DNA from: Marsupella aquatica
Taxonomy: Eukaryota; Plantae; Marchantiophyta
NCBI GenBank assembly: GCA_973895155.1
Contig: OZ316891.1
Location: forward strand, 27,105,254-27,169,253
Length of the DNA: 64,000 nucleotides
Direction of reading: 5' to 3'
In this document: positions 62,669 to 64,000 of the stretch, piece after piece
How the letters are laid out: each line of letters begins with the position of its first letter
Position numbering within the stretch: the first letter of the stretch is position 1
Program-made: the position numbers and the translations under genes
Notes under the pieces: generated by a model
Databases searched by the model: none
Told to the model about the DNA's origin: nothing
What the model saw: the letters and a program-made list of their open reading frames with translations, nothing else

Positions 62669-64000
62669 GTGAGCTAATCTTCTTTAAACCCTTGGTATTG
62701 GGCAAGCTCGCTCAAAAAAAAGTTCTTGATCGAGAAAGGTGATCTTGGCTACGGATATAATGTGCCAAGTTCGAATAACTGGTTAGAGTTTTTTGAGGTG
62801 ATGATGACGTGTAGCTGTACGAGGCTTTTCAGGCTGCAAAGTCTATTTGGAAGATCAGAGTCCCATCCCTTGCAGCTGTTCTAGGGGTGAGATGCCGAGA
62901 GGATTTCGGTCAGCAGCTCCCGTTCCTACTCTGATTTTGCTGTGTGGCGAGGAGGGCTAGTAGGTTTTACATTTCGTTGACAGAAGGTTGACGACAGGGA
63001 GAGCTTTACCTCCTGTATAGTTCAGACTGAGTGGCTTCGTTTTCTTTCAGCGCAAATGGAGCATATTTCTGGGTTCATATCTTGTGACGGTTATCCCTTA
63101 ATCTTTACGTACTGATGGGAATTGACCACGGGAGTCCAAGTTGGAGGCAAACTATGATGATCGTCCCTGTCCTGGATCGCTTAGATAAACCCTCTTCAGC
63201 CAAAACTAGTCACTTCTCTTGAAATCCTAGTCCCATGCGAAATGCCGTGTGGTAGACTAAGCCACGACTCTCCTGGTCAATTACCATTCACTTGACTAGG
63301 TTTTCCAAACAAAATATGGATTCCACTTGACTAGGTTTTCTATGTAGAGTCACAATTTTGTACTGAAGCGGGCCTTGTCAAGCAATTAAAGTCAGGGATG
63401 AATGTCATAAGTTGCCGCTACTGTCTTGCATTATGGCGATGACATTTGGTAATATCTCCTGTGGGTAATTCCTAGCCGAGGGCATCCTTCACAATCGGTG
63501 CTAGCAAATATCCGACTGCGTCCTGGGGTTTGTTCATATTAGAATAGGTCAAGATCCCTTTGTTAACCTCATCCCTGAAAGGATATTTTCCGATCATGAA
63601 GTTTGAATTGATATGCTTCTTTATCTGGGGCATGCTAATGGATCTATCGCGGACCATATTATGTGCTTGAAATGGATTGTCTCCAACACGGAAGGTACTT
63701 GCTGCATCACTCAAGGAAGTAGCTGTAGTCATGTTAACACGGTGCCAGTATAAGTTATTCTGTTAGTCTTCAGGTTATTTGATGAACTGCTGACCAGTGA
63801 CGTTTATGAATTAAGACGTGAATGGGATTAAAAATATTGGTACGAGATCTCTGGTAGGCGGAGGTAACTACCGGGAGGATTTCCGATGGAGTGGGCAGGT
63901 TAGCGTTTGTTAGTCTCGTTGTGGGCAACATACAGATTGACTGTCCGATTGTAACAGCGGTTAGAGTTGAATGTCACTAAACATTCTGCAAGGAATACGG

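Noticed and set aside
63472-63732. 86-aa minus-strand ORF within the presumed EBS/SHL intron
   Set aside because: No recognisable motif or supporting gene structure.

Overview
Eukaryotic, land-plant-type DNA (GT-AG introns, plant TE families; most consistent with a bryophyte such as a liverwort, but the taxon cannot be proven from this window). About 60 kb is a nest of mostly decayed transposons; the only clear host gene is the 5' part of an EBS/SHL-family BAH-PHD chromatin reader (61765 onwards). Nest: an outer CACTA element holds a complete 10.6-kb CACTA (14-bp TIR, ATA TSD), itself hit by a MITE; solo-LTR-like elements; a Bianca-like Copia carrying two insertions; and a 5'-truncated LINE split by an 11.6-kb Mutator-like element. 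Two DNA transposons carry apparent chromatin/DNA-modifying cargo. (1) The Mutator-like element (43351-54927) encodes, divergently from its transposase, a spliced protein with a ParB/Srx-like domain and a beta-class amino (N4C/N6A) DNA-methyltransferase-like domain, and carries 19 copies of the 15-bp palindrome TAGCGCCNGGCGCTA in its introns and intergenic DNA. (2) The inner CACTA carries a SET-domain exon inside what appears to be the first intron of its transposase gene, plus internal arrays of its own TCCGAT motif. Domain calls come from reading motifs by eye, not from database searches.
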